Shown: in pieces, positions 28,416 through 37,747 of the stretch
Layout of the letters: the number at the start of each line of letters is the position of its first letter
How positions within the stretch are numbered: the stretch's first letter is position 1
Source of the DNA: an uncultured Candidatus Saccharibacteria bacterium
GTDB taxonomy: Bacteria; Patescibacteriota; Minisyncoccia; Portnoybacterales; UBA2143
Assembly: GCA_964594155.1 (NCBI GenBank)
Contig: CAZQLH010000001.1
Coordinates: 1,448-65,447 of the forward strand
Length of the DNA stretch: 64,000 nt
Direction of reading: 5' to 3'
Program-made: the position numbers and the translations under genes
Notes under the pieces: model-generated
Seen by the model: only the letters and a program-made list of their open reading frames with translations
What the model was told of the DNA's origin: nothing
Databases searched by the model: none

Positions 28416-29045
28416 TTACCAGGCAACTAATGCGCTGTATTGTTCAAGATTCTTTAGTTGGCTTGGCGTTAATTGCAGAGAAGCGTCTATAGCTTCTTTA
28501 ATTAAATCTTCTGAAAAGGAAACCTCTTCGTTAACTTCTAAAGGCCTTGAGCCGATTTTATCTTTAAGATAGTCCTCAATGTAGATTTTATGTTCATTAG
28601 TTAATTCTTGAGGATTATCTTTAAGATGGTTTTTAAGAGCCCGTCGAGCCAAATGAGTTACTCCTTCTCCTAAGTTTGCTTTTTCTATAATTGCGCCGCC
28701 TTCTTTTCTGGATTCTGGTATGATTTCCTGAATAGTAATTTCTTTACTGTCATCTTGTTGGCTGTCTTCAGTTAATCCAGTTAAGCCTTCAATATCAGCA
28801 ATTTGTTCTTCTTGGTTTAAATCTTCATCTAGAATAAGCGTTGCTTCTTTTCCTTTTTGATTAGCGTATAGATAAATGCCGCCAGCTAGAATTAGAAGAG
28901 CAATAATTGGAAGAATGACAGAACTGCCGTATTTATTGATCCATCCTTTGATTTTTGCGCTCCAATTCTTTTTATTGTCTAATCCGAATTGCGGACCAGA
29001 AATTGGTTGAGAAGGTTTTGGGTTTCCTGGATTTTGATTATTCAT
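28416..29045 (-). CDS. Membrane-anchored hypothetical protein
   Basis: Single TM helix, GEGVTHLARRAL and IYIEDYL motifs. Confidence 0.75.
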   Translation of the reverse strand: MNNQNPGNPKPSQPISGPQFGLDNKKNWSAKIKGWINKYGSSVILPIIALLILAGGIYLYANQKGKEATLILDEDLNQEEQIADIEGLTGLTEDSQQDDSKEITIQEIIPESRKEGGAIIEKANLGEGVTHLARRALKNHLKDNPQELTNEHKIYIEDYLKDKIGSRPLEVNEEVSFSEDLIKEAIDASLQLTPSQLKNLEQYSALVAW

Positions 29046-29116
29046 GATTATTTCTTTTAATCTGATCTTTTTATTTGGTTTCGACCTTTTCCTCCACCCT
29101 AATATTCAATTTTTAA

Positions 29117-30811
29117 TTAAACTTTAATTATGACTGATAAAACCATTGGCCGTCTTTGTGTTTTAGTATAAAGGAATTGTCCGATTTTGTCACGTATATT
29201 ATCCTTAGTGTGATTCCAATTTGTTGTGTATTCAGATGAAGATGCTTGAGAGATGATTTTTTTGACTTTTTCTCTGGTTTGGTTAAGTAGTTCTTTTGAT
29301 TCTCGCAAATAAACAAAACCGCGGGAAATAATATCTGGCTCGCCTCTGACCTTGCCTGTTTTACTGTCAACTAAGGCAATAATAACAAACATGCCATCTT
29401 TGGCCATTTCTTGTCTATCTCTTAGCACAACTTGGCCAACATCGCCAACGCCTAATCCATCTACCATAACATAGCTTGCTGGAACTGTTTCCTTGCTTAA
29501 TCTGATTGAGTTTTGATTAAGCAAAATTACATTTCCATTGCCAGCTACCATGATATTTTTTAAGGGAATACCAACGCTTTCAGCAATTTCTCCGTGTAAT
29601 TTCAGCATATAGTAACTGCCGTGGATAGGAATAAAGAATTTGGGGCGGATTAGGTTAATCATTAATTTAAGGTCTTCTTCTTGAGCGTGTCCGCCAGCAT
29701 GAATATCCATCATTTGGTAGTGATAGACGCGCGCGCCTTGCCTCCAGAGATTATCTTTTAAGCCCTGGACAGATCTTTCATTGCCTGGAACAACTGAAGA
29801 TGAAAAAGCAATCGCATCGCCTTTTTGTATTTTAATATGGCGGTGTTCTTGATTGGCAACTTTCATTAGAACAGCGTTTCCTTCGCCTTGAGCGCCAGTA
29901 CAAAGCACTACTGTCTTATTTGGCGGATAATTATCTATTTGATTTATTTTAATCAAAGTTCCTTTTTGTACTTTAAGGTAATTTAGTTTTTTAGTGATTT
30001 CAACGTTCATTTTCATGCTATATCCTTCAATAGCTACTTTGCGATTGTATTTTTCAGCTAAATTGATTACTTCCTGAATACGGCTGATTAAAGAGGCAAA
30101 GGTAGCTACAATAATACGTCCAGGCACTTCTCTGAAAATAATTTCTAAATTATCTTGAATGTCTTTTTCAGAAACAGAATGGCCGGGTTTTTCCGCGCTA
30201 GTGCTGTCAGACATTAAAGCCAGAACATTGCCATTGGCTATTTCAGAAATACGGGAAATATCTGCTGGTTCGTCGCCAATAGGGCTGTGGTCGAATTTAA
30301 AGTCGCCTGTATGGACAATTCTGCCCACAGGCGTGTCAATCGCTAAGCCAACTCCATCAGGGATATTATGGTTAACATGGAAGAATTCAATCTTAAAACA
30401 GCCTAATTTAATCTTGTCGGTCTTTTTTATTTCATGAATATTTAGTTTAGGCGCTTTGGGAAAGTCATCCTGTCTTCTCATGATAATTCCTCGAGTCAGT
30501 GGAGTTGTGTAAATAGGCGGATTGCCTAATCGTCTCATTGAATGAGGAATAGCTCCAATATGGTCATAATGGCCATGGGTGATAATAACACCTTTGATTT
30601 TTTCTTTTTTGTCTTTAAGATAGGCAGTATTAGGGATAATATAGTCAATTCCAGGCATATCTTCTTCAGGGAATTGCAGGCCCATATCAATGATAATAAT
30701 ATCCCCGCCTGCCGGCGAGGCAGGATTATCATATTCAAAAATCATCATATTGCGGCCGATTTCACCTAAGCCGCCTAAAGGAATAATTTTTAAGTTTTGC
30801 GTTTTTTTCAT
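29117..30811 (-). CDS. rnj: Ribonuclease J
   Basis: GGLGEIGRN, THGHYDHIG, HTGDFK, HAGGH, PIHG. Confidence 0.95.
   Translation of the reverse strand: MKKTQNLKIIPLGGLGEIGRNMMIFEYDNPASPAGGDIIIIDMGLQFPEEDMPGIDYIIPNTAYLKDKKEKIKGVIITHGHYDHIGAIPHSMRRLGNPPIYTTPLTRGIIMRRQDDFPKAPKLNIHEIKKTDKIKLGCFKIEFFHVNHNIPDGVGLAIDTPVGRIVHTGDFKFDHSPIGDEPADISRISEIANGNVLALMSDSTSAEKPGHSVSEKDIQDNLEIIFREVPGRIIVATFASLISRIQEVINLAEKYNRKVAIEGYSMKMNVEITKKLNYLKVQKGTLIKINQIDNYPPNKTVVLCTGAQGEGNAVLMKVANQEHRHIKIQKGDAIAFSSSVVPGNERSVQGLKDNLWRQGARVYHYQMMDIHAGGHAQEEDLKLMINLIRPKFFIPIHGSYYMLKLHGEIAESVGIPLKNIMVAGNGNVILLNQNSIRLSKETVPASYVMVDGLGVGDVGQVVLRDRQEMAKDGMFVIIALVDSKTGKVRGEPDIISRGFVYLRESKELLNQTREKVKKIISQASSSEYTTNWNHTKDNIRDKIGQFLYTKTQRRPMVLSVIIKV
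30708..30724. repeat. Palindrome CCTGCC-GGCGA-GGCAGG in-frame in rnj (PASPAG)
   Basis: GC-rich hairpin in an AT-rich gene, inside the EY(..)DIIIID segment. Confidence 0.7.
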
Positions 30812-30814
30812 AAG

Positions 30815-31528
30815 TTATTTCCAGTCATATTTTCCTGGATTTTTCAAAAAGTCCAGTTTTTTTAAATCATTAACCAGATGATACATTTCTTTATTTTTGT
30901 CTATATTAAATTTATCCAGCCAGAGATTTGGCTCTTTGAATCTTAAATCAGGAACTAAATCATAATTTTTATTCTTAACCCAGTTTATTTCCCCGGTATT
31001 GCTTTTTAAGGCATAGTAGCAAAAGCCGCGCTTTTGCCTGAATGGCTTGTAAATATTAGATTCAAAATTATTGCAAATCCAATTAGCTGTTTGCAGTTCT
31101 TTTCCAGAAGCATTTATTATTAGATGTTCGTAATTAGGCGGAACAATTATTTTGTCTCCTTTTTTAGCTTTAATTGCGTAAACGTCTTTTATGTTATCTC
31201 TTTTTGAATCTTGGAGCAGGAAAATAGCTTGGCCGTGTAAAACTTGGTAAATCTCTGGATAGGTTAAATTGCTATTAGGCGCAATAGGATGATCATGGCC
31301 AGCTGTTTTATTGAATTCCTGGCCTAAGATAATAAAGGGGATAATAGTGATATCATACCTAAGGCCGTGTTTGTGAATTAAATCCTTTTCCTCTTTATTA
31401 TCAGCTAAATCGCGATACATGTAGTAAAGTTTTAAATCAGGCGCGGTTTTAACCCATTTTTGGTCAAAAAGCGCTTCTTTTATTTCAGCTAAATAACGAA
31501 TTTTCGGCTTAAGTTTTTTTATTTGCAT
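30815..31528 (-). CDS. Cupin-type glucose-6-phosphate isomerase family protein
   Basis: YYMYRD, LRYDIT, KTAGHDH, YPEIY, VPPNYEH. Confidence 0.82.
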   Translation of the reverse strand: MQIKKLKPKIRYLAEIKEALFDQKWVKTAPDLKLYYMYRDLADNKEEKDLIHKHGLRYDITIIPFIILGQEFNKTAGHDHPIAPNSNLTYPEIYQVLHGQAIFLLQDSKRDNIKDVYAIKAKKGDKIIVPPNYEHLIINASGKELQTANWICNNFESNIYKPFRQKRGFCYYALKSNTGEINWVKNKNYDLVPDLRFKEPNLWLDKFNIDKNKEMYHLVNDLKKLDFLKNPGKYDWK

Positions 31529-31538
31529 TTTAATAAAA

Positions 31539-33290
31539 TTACTGCTTCCAGATCCTATTGATTTTTATAAACCAGTTTTCTACTTGGGAAAATCTTTGGG
31601 ATGGCTGAGCTAATTTTTCTATGGAAATCCCCCTGATATTCTTTTTAACCGGATAAAGATAAGAAGGACTGTGCAGGAAAATAGCTGGAATGTCTTCAAT
31701 TAATAATTTTTGAAATTCAATGTATTTCTGTATTCTTTTTTCTTGATCCATTGTTTGCCTAGCTTCTTCTAAAAGCTTATCCACTTTCTTATTTTGATAA
31801 AGAGACAGGTTTAAGCCAGGGTCTTTTTTTTGTGAAGAGTGCCAGAAAGCAAAAGGATCAGGATCAGCATTAAGCACTTCTCCAAAAAGCAATGCTTGAT
31901 ATTGCCTGGGCCTGATGTATTCTTGTTGAATAGCTGTTGCGTCAACTATCTTTAAATCAACTTTAAGGCCGATTTTTTGCCATTGTTCTTGAAGCAATCT
32001 GGCAGTTTGTTCTAATTCAGGCCAATCAGTGGTTAAAAGGGTGATTTCTAATTTTACTTCTTGATCATTAATTGTTTTTTCTCTGATTCCATCACTGTCT
32101 GAATCTTTCCATCCAGCTGCTTCTAAGATATTCTGGGCGTGTTCTAAGGCAAAATCATAAATCTTTGTTTCAGGATCATAACCCAGCCAATCAGGCAAAA
32201 GAGGGGAGTTAACTGGAATGCCTTGGTTTTGCAAGACCCGGCTAATAATTTCTTCTTTGTTGGTTGCGTGAGCCAGAGCAGTACGGACAACTTTATCAGA
32301 CAGGGCTTTGCTTTCTGTTTGGTTAAAAAAGACAGCATAATAGACAGGCAGATTAATTTTATGAATATTAAGATTGCTTTTTAACTTAGATTGATTAGCA
32401 GCTGAAAAAAAGCTTAATCCGTCAATTTTTCTTTTTTGATAGGCGCTAATTAAATCTGACTGGGTATTATAGAATTTAAGGATTATTTTCTCAATATATG
32501 GGCCTGGCAAATAAAAGTTTTCATTGCGAATTAGCTCCATTGATTCAATTTTTCCATTGTCATTTTTGCTGAATTCCTTGAATTTATAAGGGCCAGAGCC
32601 AATTGGCATAAGATTATACTGAGCCAAAGCAAAATTTGAAGCTGAAATGCCAAACCAGAGATGTCTTGGCAGGATGCCAACTGTTAGATTATGCAGAAAA
32701 GGAGCGTAAGCATTGTTTAGTTTAAAGCGAACAGTAAATTCATCAATCTTTTCTATTTCTACGCCTTGCCAATTATCTTTTAAAGGGCTCTTGTACTCGT
32801 AATCTTGAATGGTTTTAATGGTGAATATAACATCATTAACTGTTAATGGCTCTTTATCATGCCAATAAATATTTCTTTTCAAGGAAATATCATAATTCAG
32901 GCCATCTTCGCTAATAAAGTATTTTTCAGCTAAATCAGGAATAAGATTGCTTTGTTCATCGTATTTAAACAAACTAGAATAGATTAATTGGACTAAGTCC
33001 CTGTCTGCGTCATTGATTTGGGATAAAATAGGGTTGATAAAGCGCGGCTGGCCTAAAATACCTTCTTTGTACTGTCCTCCTAATTGAGGAATAATTTCTG
33101 TTTTATTGGAATAAGCGCCAAAAACAAGAATTGAAACAGAGATAATAATAATTAGAAACAAGCTGCGAACCAGCCAGCGTTCGCGGGAAGGCAGAATTTT
33201 AAAAAATTGTTTCCATTGCTGCCAAGTGGGTTTTTTACCTCCAGGGATAGGCAGTTTAGGAAACTTAATCCGTTTAAAACGCGATATCAA
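31539..33290 (-). CDS. ABC transporter peptide/nickel substrate-binding protein (OppA family 5); start uncertain
   Basis: PDLAE, WHD..P.T..DV.FT, PIGSGPYK, WHSSQ. Confidence 0.88.
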   Translation of the reverse strand: MISRFKRIKFPKLPIPGGKKPTWQQWKQFFKILPSRERWLVRSLFLIIIISVSILVFGAYSNKTEIIPQLGGQYKEGILGQPRFINPILSQINDADRDLVQLIYSSLFKYDEQSNLIPDLAEKYFISEDGLNYDISLKRNIYWHDKEPLTVNDVIFTIKTIQDYEYKSPLKDNWQGVEIEKIDEFTVRFKLNNAYAPFLHNLTVGILPRHLWFGISASNFALAQYNLMPIGSGPYKFKEFSKNDNGKIESMELIRNENFYLPGPYIEKIILKFYNTQSDLISAYQKRKIDGLSFFSAANQSKLKSNLNIHKINLPVYYAVFFNQTESKALSDKVVRTALAHATNKEEIISRVLQNQGIPVNSPLLPDWLGYDPETKIYDFALEHAQNILEAAGWKDSDSDGIREKTINDQEVKLEITLLTTDWPELEQTARLLQEQWQKIGLKVDLKIVDATAIQQEYIRPRQYQALLFGEVLNADPDPFAFWHSSQKKDPGLNLSLYQNKKVDKLLEEARQTMDQEKRIQKYIEFQKLLIEDIPAIFLHSPSYLYPVKKNIRGISIEKLAQPSQRFSQVENWFIKINRIWKQ

Positions 33291-33313
33291 GTTTTTTATT
33301 TTAGTAAAAATGT

Positions 33314-33535
33314 TTAGATAATAAGACTAAGAAATGCAGTGATGATAAATAGGACGGCTAAGACAATACTGCTGATAAAAAGGACTTTTTCAAATCCTCT
33401 TTTAGTGTAATAGCTTGCTCCGCTGCTGCCGCCGCCAAAAAGACCAGAAGAACCAGCTCCTCTTTGCTGGAGGAGAATAGTAATAATTAAACCTATAGAT
33501 ATAATGATTTGAGAAATAGTTAAAGCAGATTCCAT
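33314..33535 (-). CDS. secG: Preprotein translocase SecG
   Basis: ILLQQRGAG..GLFGG...KRG.EK; two TM helices. Confidence 0.9.
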   Translation of the reverse strand: MESALTISQIIISIGLIITILLQQRGAGSSGLFGGGSSGASYYTKRGFEKVLFISSIVLAVLFIITAFLSLII

Positions 33536-33539
33536 TGTT

Positions 33540-33887
33540 TTAATCCTTTTTTTTCTTTCCTGTTCCAAAAAACATATTAACTGCGCTGATAATCAATACT
33601 CCCCAGAAATATGCCCAAAAGCCAACAATAGTCAGTTCTGGCACAAAGTATTCTAATAACCACAAAAGAATTATATTAATGATTATTAAAAATAGTCCCA
33701 GAGTTACAACAATTAAAGGAGTGGAAATTAACCGCAAAACAGGCCTGATAAAAAAGTTAATCAGTCCTAATAATAGTCCAGTGATAAATAATGTCAAGAT
33801 ATCGCCTTCAAAAATAAAGCCTGGCACTAAATAATCAGCTAAAAAAATAGCCAAGGCATTGGTTAAAATTTGAGCAACAAACTTCAT
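33540..33887 (-). CDS. YvlD-like 4TM membrane protein (phage holin family 4)
   Basis: N..IRP.L....P....TLGLF...IN. Confidence 0.85.
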   Translation of the reverse strand: MKFVAQILTNALAIFLADYLVPGFIFEGDILTLFITGLLLGLINFFIRPVLRLISTPLIVVTLGLFLIIINIILLWLLEYFVPELTIVGFWAYFWGVLIISAVNMFFGTGKKKKD

Positions 33888-33940
33888 ATGTGATTATATA
33901 TTAACATGCAAAAAACACCCAGGTCAAGTTTTTTTATTCA

Positions 33941-34002
33941 AGAGGACAGTCATAGAAAATGATGTTCTTGGAACAAGGGCGTCATTTTTAGGACTGTCCT
34001 CT
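33941..34002. repeat. 60-bp hairpin repeat, left copy
   Basis: AGGACAGTC...GACTGTCCT; 53/60 identical to the reverse complement of 43026-43085. Confidence 0.85.
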
Positions 34003-34003
34003 G

Positions 34004-34144
34004 TTATTTATCTTTTCTCTTCATTATTTTCTGCAGCTTAAAAACGCTCTTGCCTGAGACCTTCATTTTAGGCTTTCTTTTCTTTGCGCGCGTTTTTGCC
34101 TTTTTCTTAGCTTTTTCTTCAATTTGTTCTAAATCATTTTTCAT
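34004..34144 (-). CDS. 46-aa highly basic small protein
   Basis: MKNDLEQIEEKAKKKAKTRAKKRKPKMKVSGKSVFKLQKIMKRKDK*; -10-like TGATAAT just upstream. Confidence 0.6.
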   Translation of the reverse strand: MKNDLEQIEEKAKKKAKTRAKKRKPKMKVSGKSVFKLQKIMKRKDK

Positions 34145-34309
34145 AAGAAATATTATATCATATAAAAATATCTCTAACAATATCCTTGATATAGCATAAA
34201 TATTATGATATAGTAGTGGAAATAGAATAAATAAAAAATTGACTAAACTGATTAATAAAGGTATGCTTATTTTAGTTCTTTAATGAATTTAACTAAAAGG
34301 AGGGATAAT

Positions 34310-34594
34310 ATGAATCGAGAAATTGAAGCAGATATTCAGGAAGTGGATTTGACTGAATCAGTAAAATATCTTTATAGGATAACTACTCAATTACTGGATG
34401 CGGACAACTTAACTGTTTTACAAAAAGCTAATGTTGAATCAATTAAAACAATCTTTGGGCTTGTTTTAAACACAGTAGTATACCATGCCGCTCTGGAAGA
34501 GATTTGCCGTAAGATATTTGCAGACGCAAAAACAGACGAAGAACGTTTGCGCGCAATAGACAAGTTCTTTGCTGATTTAAAAGACCAAATATAG
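34310..34594 (+). CDS. Hypothetical protein
   Basis: SD AAAGGAGG, upstream promoter, downstream hairpin. Confidence 0.65.
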   Translation: MNREIEADIQEVDLTESVKYLYRITTQLLDADNLTVLQKANVESIKTIFGLVLNTVVYHAALEEICRKIFADAKTDEERLRAIDKFFADLKDQI

Positions 34595-34688
34595 TATTTT
34601 CTGCAAAATCTTGAATACAAACCACTGGAAAAACCAGTGGTTTTTAAATTGACCAAAGATGGTTATAAGGGTATGATTAGAAGAGAAT

Positions 34689-34922
34689 ATGATAAAAACT
34701 TGTTTTGAAAAATTTAATAAAAAATTAGACTCTAGAAATAATGTTATTTACGTTTTTATTGATGCGTCTAACTTATGGGAAGCGCAAAAGGCAAAGGGAA
34801 GATTTTTAGATTATGAAAAGACCTTAGAATTAAGGACTGGCGGGGATGGATATTCTGATATATTAAAAATAGATGAGATTTGGGGGAAGGAACTAAGATA
34901 TAGGAAGGAAAAAAATAAATAA
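34689..34922 (+). pseudogene. Internally deleted NYN (LabA/DUF88) nuclease
   Basis: YVFIDASNL N-terminal motif joined to C-terminal ELR..., without the K.VD and SGD.DF motifs; 77 aa. Confidence 0.65.
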
Positions 34923-34993
34923 AAACCACCCTCCGCAAGGAAGGTGGCTCTTGGATGTAATACCCTAACGGTTCTATGCCAGAACCGATAGAC
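34915..34993 (-). ncRNA. Candidate sRNA convergent with the NYN gene
   Basis: TTGACA(35023-35028)-17 nt-TATACT(35000-35005), hairpin CGGTTCT/AGAACCG, terminator GCCACCTTCC/GGAGGGTGGT plus T-run. Confidence 0.6.
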
Positions 34994-35067
34994 ATTCTAA
35001 GTATATATAATTCGGAAACCATTGTCAAGATTTGTTTTTTATCCACAAGCAAAAAGGTATTAAATCA

Positions 35068-35412
35068 ATGAAAAAATATATATTGCCAATTAGACAAACA
35101 GACCGCGCTACTTATAATCTAATAAAAAGCGGGGAAAAAAGAGTTGAAACACGAGCGGCTAGTCCCAGATATAAAGATATTAAAGATGGAGATATTGTTG
35201 TTTTTAAGTGCGGAAATGATAGTTTTGAGCGTATTGTGAAAAAAGCGCGGAAATTTAATAATGTAGATAAAATACTTGATCATTATGATGTTAAAGATAT
35301 AAATCCAGGCGTTAATACTGTAGAAGAACTTAAATTAATGTATAATTCTTATCCTAATTATGCTGAAAAACTTAAAAAATACGGGATTATAGCATTTGAG
35401 CTTTTAGAGTAG
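35068..35412 (+). CDS. ASCH/PUA-like domain protein
   Basis: IKSGEKRVETR, GDIVVF, YGIIAFEL. Confidence 0.85.
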   Translation: MKKYILPIRQTDRATYNLIKSGEKRVETRAASPRYKDIKDGDIVVFKCGNDSFERIVKKARKFNNVDKILDHYDVKDINPGVNTVEELKLMYNSYPNYAEKLKKYGIIAFELLE

Positions 35413-35454
35413 GTTTGGATTTTCCCGCGAATGCGAGAAAGATTCGCAAAATCA

Positions 35455-36561
35455 ATGAAAACCAAAAAAAACATCAAAACCCCGGAATTAAAAGCCCCAG
35501 CTGGCAATCTTGAAATGGTTAAAAAAGTCATTAAAGCTGGCGCAGACTCTATTTTTATTGGATTAGAGGACTGCAGCAGAAGAAGATATAATGAATTAAC
35601 CTTATTAGAAGCAATTTACGCGACTAAATGGGTTAAGCAAAAAAACAAGAAAATATATATTGCCTTAAACGCAGACATTTCAGATGATGAAATTCAAGGA
35701 GTTCTTGATTTAAGGGTTAAAGAATTAGTTAATAAAGGCGTAGACGGCTTTATTTTAAGGACGCCTAAATTAATGGAAAGAATAAGCAAAGAATACAGAA
35801 GAAAAGGCTATCCAAATTTAGAAGTTGTTGCAAGCGTTGGATGTAATATTCAAACATCAGAACAAATTAAAAAATATGCTGATTATGGAATTTCAACATT
35901 GGTTTTAAGCACAGAACTGTCAAAACGGCCTTATGATGACAAGAAGAAAAATCAATTGATAGAATTAAGGAAAACCGCTGATAAATACAATATTAAACTA
36001 GAGATTCTCAGCGCTTTAACAGCTTGTATTAAAGGTGTTGGAGGCGGCGACGCTAAAGGATGTGATTTATATAAATATGCGGAAAATCTTACTCGTAAAA
36101 TTACTCATGAACATACAGACGGATTTAAGCGTTCATATTTTGATTTTTTTCCGCATAAAGGAGGCGGTTGCTTAAGGTGGTGTAATATTATATTTGATCC
36201 AGAAATTCAGCAGCATATTCTGAATAATGGCGGAAATCAAGATGATATTGATGTATTAGTAAAACACAGAGAAAACAAAACTGGAAATATCAGCATAATA
36301 CATGATTATGAAATTCTTGATTTAATAAAAATTGGAATGGATGTTATAAAAATACAGGGCAGGGAAAATACTCCTCAATGGGCCGCAAAAATAACAAAGA
36401 CAATGAGAAGTATTATTGATAATCCATTGGAATCAGAAGTTGAAAAGCACAAAAAAAGCCTTAAAACACTCAAAAATGATTGGGATAAAAGAAGATTTCA
36501 AGGAGATACAAAACTATTGGCAGAATTTTACAAAAGAACAGGAAAACCCTCCAAGACCTAA
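35455..36561 (+). CDS. Peptidase U32-family protein (divergent)
   Basis: PELKAPAG, GADSIFIG, LSTELS, C..C..C, KIQGR. Confidence 0.8.
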   Translation: MKTKKNIKTPELKAPAGNLEMVKKVIKAGADSIFIGLEDCSRRRYNELTLLEAIYATKWVKQKNKKIYIALNADISDDEIQGVLDLRVKELVNKGVDGFILRTPKLMERISKEYRRKGYPNLEVVASVGCNIQTSEQIKKYADYGISTLVLSTELSKRPYDDKKKNQLIELRKTADKYNIKLEILSALTACIKGVGGGDAKGCDLYKYAENLTRKITHEHTDGFKRSYFDFFPHKGGGCLRWCNIIFDPEIQQHILNNGGNQDDIDVLVKHRENKTGNISIIHDYEILDLIKIGMDVIKIQGRENTPQWAAKITKTMRSIIDNPLESEVEKHKKSLKTLKNDWDKRRFQGDTKLLAEFYKRTGKPSKT

Positions 36562-36598
36562 CATTGAAATTTAAATAATCATTTGTTATAATTACCAT

Positions 36599-36793
36599 AT
36601 GACCAAAGAAGAGTTTTTAAAAATTTACGCCAATATCCCAATTAATCTTCGCAAAGAGATTCTTCTTGTCTTAAAGGATAAAGAACCAATTACTTGGAAT
36701 GTTGCTTATCTTGAAATAAATCAAGATACTCAATTAGGGAAAGAAATTTTAAAAAAATTAGATTTAATATGGGGAAAAAGAAAAAGAAAATAA
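36599..36793 (+). CDS. Small hypothetical protein (trio gene 1)
   Basis: YANIP..LR.EI...PITWN..Y.EI...T.LG; own promoter TTGAAA-17 nt-TATAAT. Confidence 0.7.
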   Translation: MTKEEFLKIYANIPINLRKEILLVLKDKEPITWNVAYLEINQDTQLGKEILKKLDLIWGKRKRK

Positions 36794-37026
36794 AAAAAGA
36801 AATTAAGGATTTAGTTATAGCGCGGCTGGGGGTTTTACCACCAGATAAAAAGATTTCTATCGGCTCATCAGGTGAGTTTACTAAAGATGAGCTAATTGAG
36901 CATGTAGAGAAAGAGGATGTTATTGGAGAGAAGATAACCGAGATTGAATTGGCCTATCTCAAAGCAATAAAAGAAGGTATTTTTTATGAACAAGATTTTT
37001 CTAATTACCAGACCGAAGCACGATGA
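36769..37026 (+). CDS. Small hypothetical protein (trio gene 2)
   Basis: LVIARL..LP....ISIG..G.FTK.ELI.HV...D.IG. Confidence 0.7.
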   Translation: MGKKKKKIKKEIKDLVIARLGVLPPDKKISIGSSGEFTKDELIEHVEKEDVIGEKITEIELAYLKAIKEGIFYEQDFSNYQTEAR

Positions 37027-37630
37027 GACCACTTATTATCTTTTTCATTGGAGTAGAAAGGTGATAGAATTAGCAAAAAGAAAAGGAATTCAGGTTTTAG
37101 ATTTACAAAAAGAAAGGGCTAATAGAAAAGAGCTGACCAGTATTATAAAAAAGAAACAACCCTTTTTTATTTTTCTGAATGGCCATGGCGGGGCTAATTT
37201 TGTTGCCGGAGACGAGGATGAAGTTTTGATAAAAGCCGGCGATAATGAGGGGTTATTGAAATCTAAATTAGTTTATGCTTTATCTTGCCAATCAGCAAAA
37301 GGATTAGGACCAAAAAGCGTTAAAAAAGGAGCTATTAGTTATATTGGTTATGATGATGATTTTGTCTTCGTTTTTGACCAGGCAAAAATTTATAGACCAT
37401 TAGAAGATCTCACAGCAAAATTATTTTTTGATCCCTCAAATCAAATAGTCATTAGTTTATTAAAAGGACATGAAACCGGGGATGCCTATAAAAGATCTCA
37501 AGGGGTGTTTATGAAAAATATCCAGAGCTTATTGACTAGCGAATCATCGGTTGATTCAGTTTATCTTAGATATTTATTGTGGGATATGCAGCATCAAGTT
37601 TGTTTAGGGGATAAAGAGGCTGTTTTCTAA
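36986..37630 (+). CDS. Caspase/gingipain-fold (CHAT/C25-like) putative cysteine protease
   Basis: FIFLNGHG and VYALSC His/Cys dyad after beta strands, YIGY, terminal LGD. Confidence 0.65.
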   Translation: MNKIFLITRPKHDETTYYLFHWSRKVIELAKRKGIQVLDLQKERANRKELTSIIKKKQPFFIFLNGHGGANFVAGDEDEVLIKAGDNEGLLKSKLVYALSCQSAKGLGPKSVKKGAISYIGYDDDFVFVFDQAKIYRPLEDLTAKLFFDPSNQIVISLLKGHETGDAYKRSQGVFMKNIQSLLTSESSVDSVYLRYLLWDMQHQVCLGDKEAVF

Positions 37631-37747
37631 TAAAAAAAGTATAGATAAAGCTTCAAAATCGTCTTTTTAAGACGGTTTTTAAAATTGACCAAACACAAGC
37701 AAAAAGGTATTATTAAAGTAGAAACTTATGAAATAAGGAGGATTTAA

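Noticed and set aside
33540-33887. Holin as evidence of a prophage
   Set aside because: YvlD-type membrane protein in a housekeeping context with no phage genes nearby.
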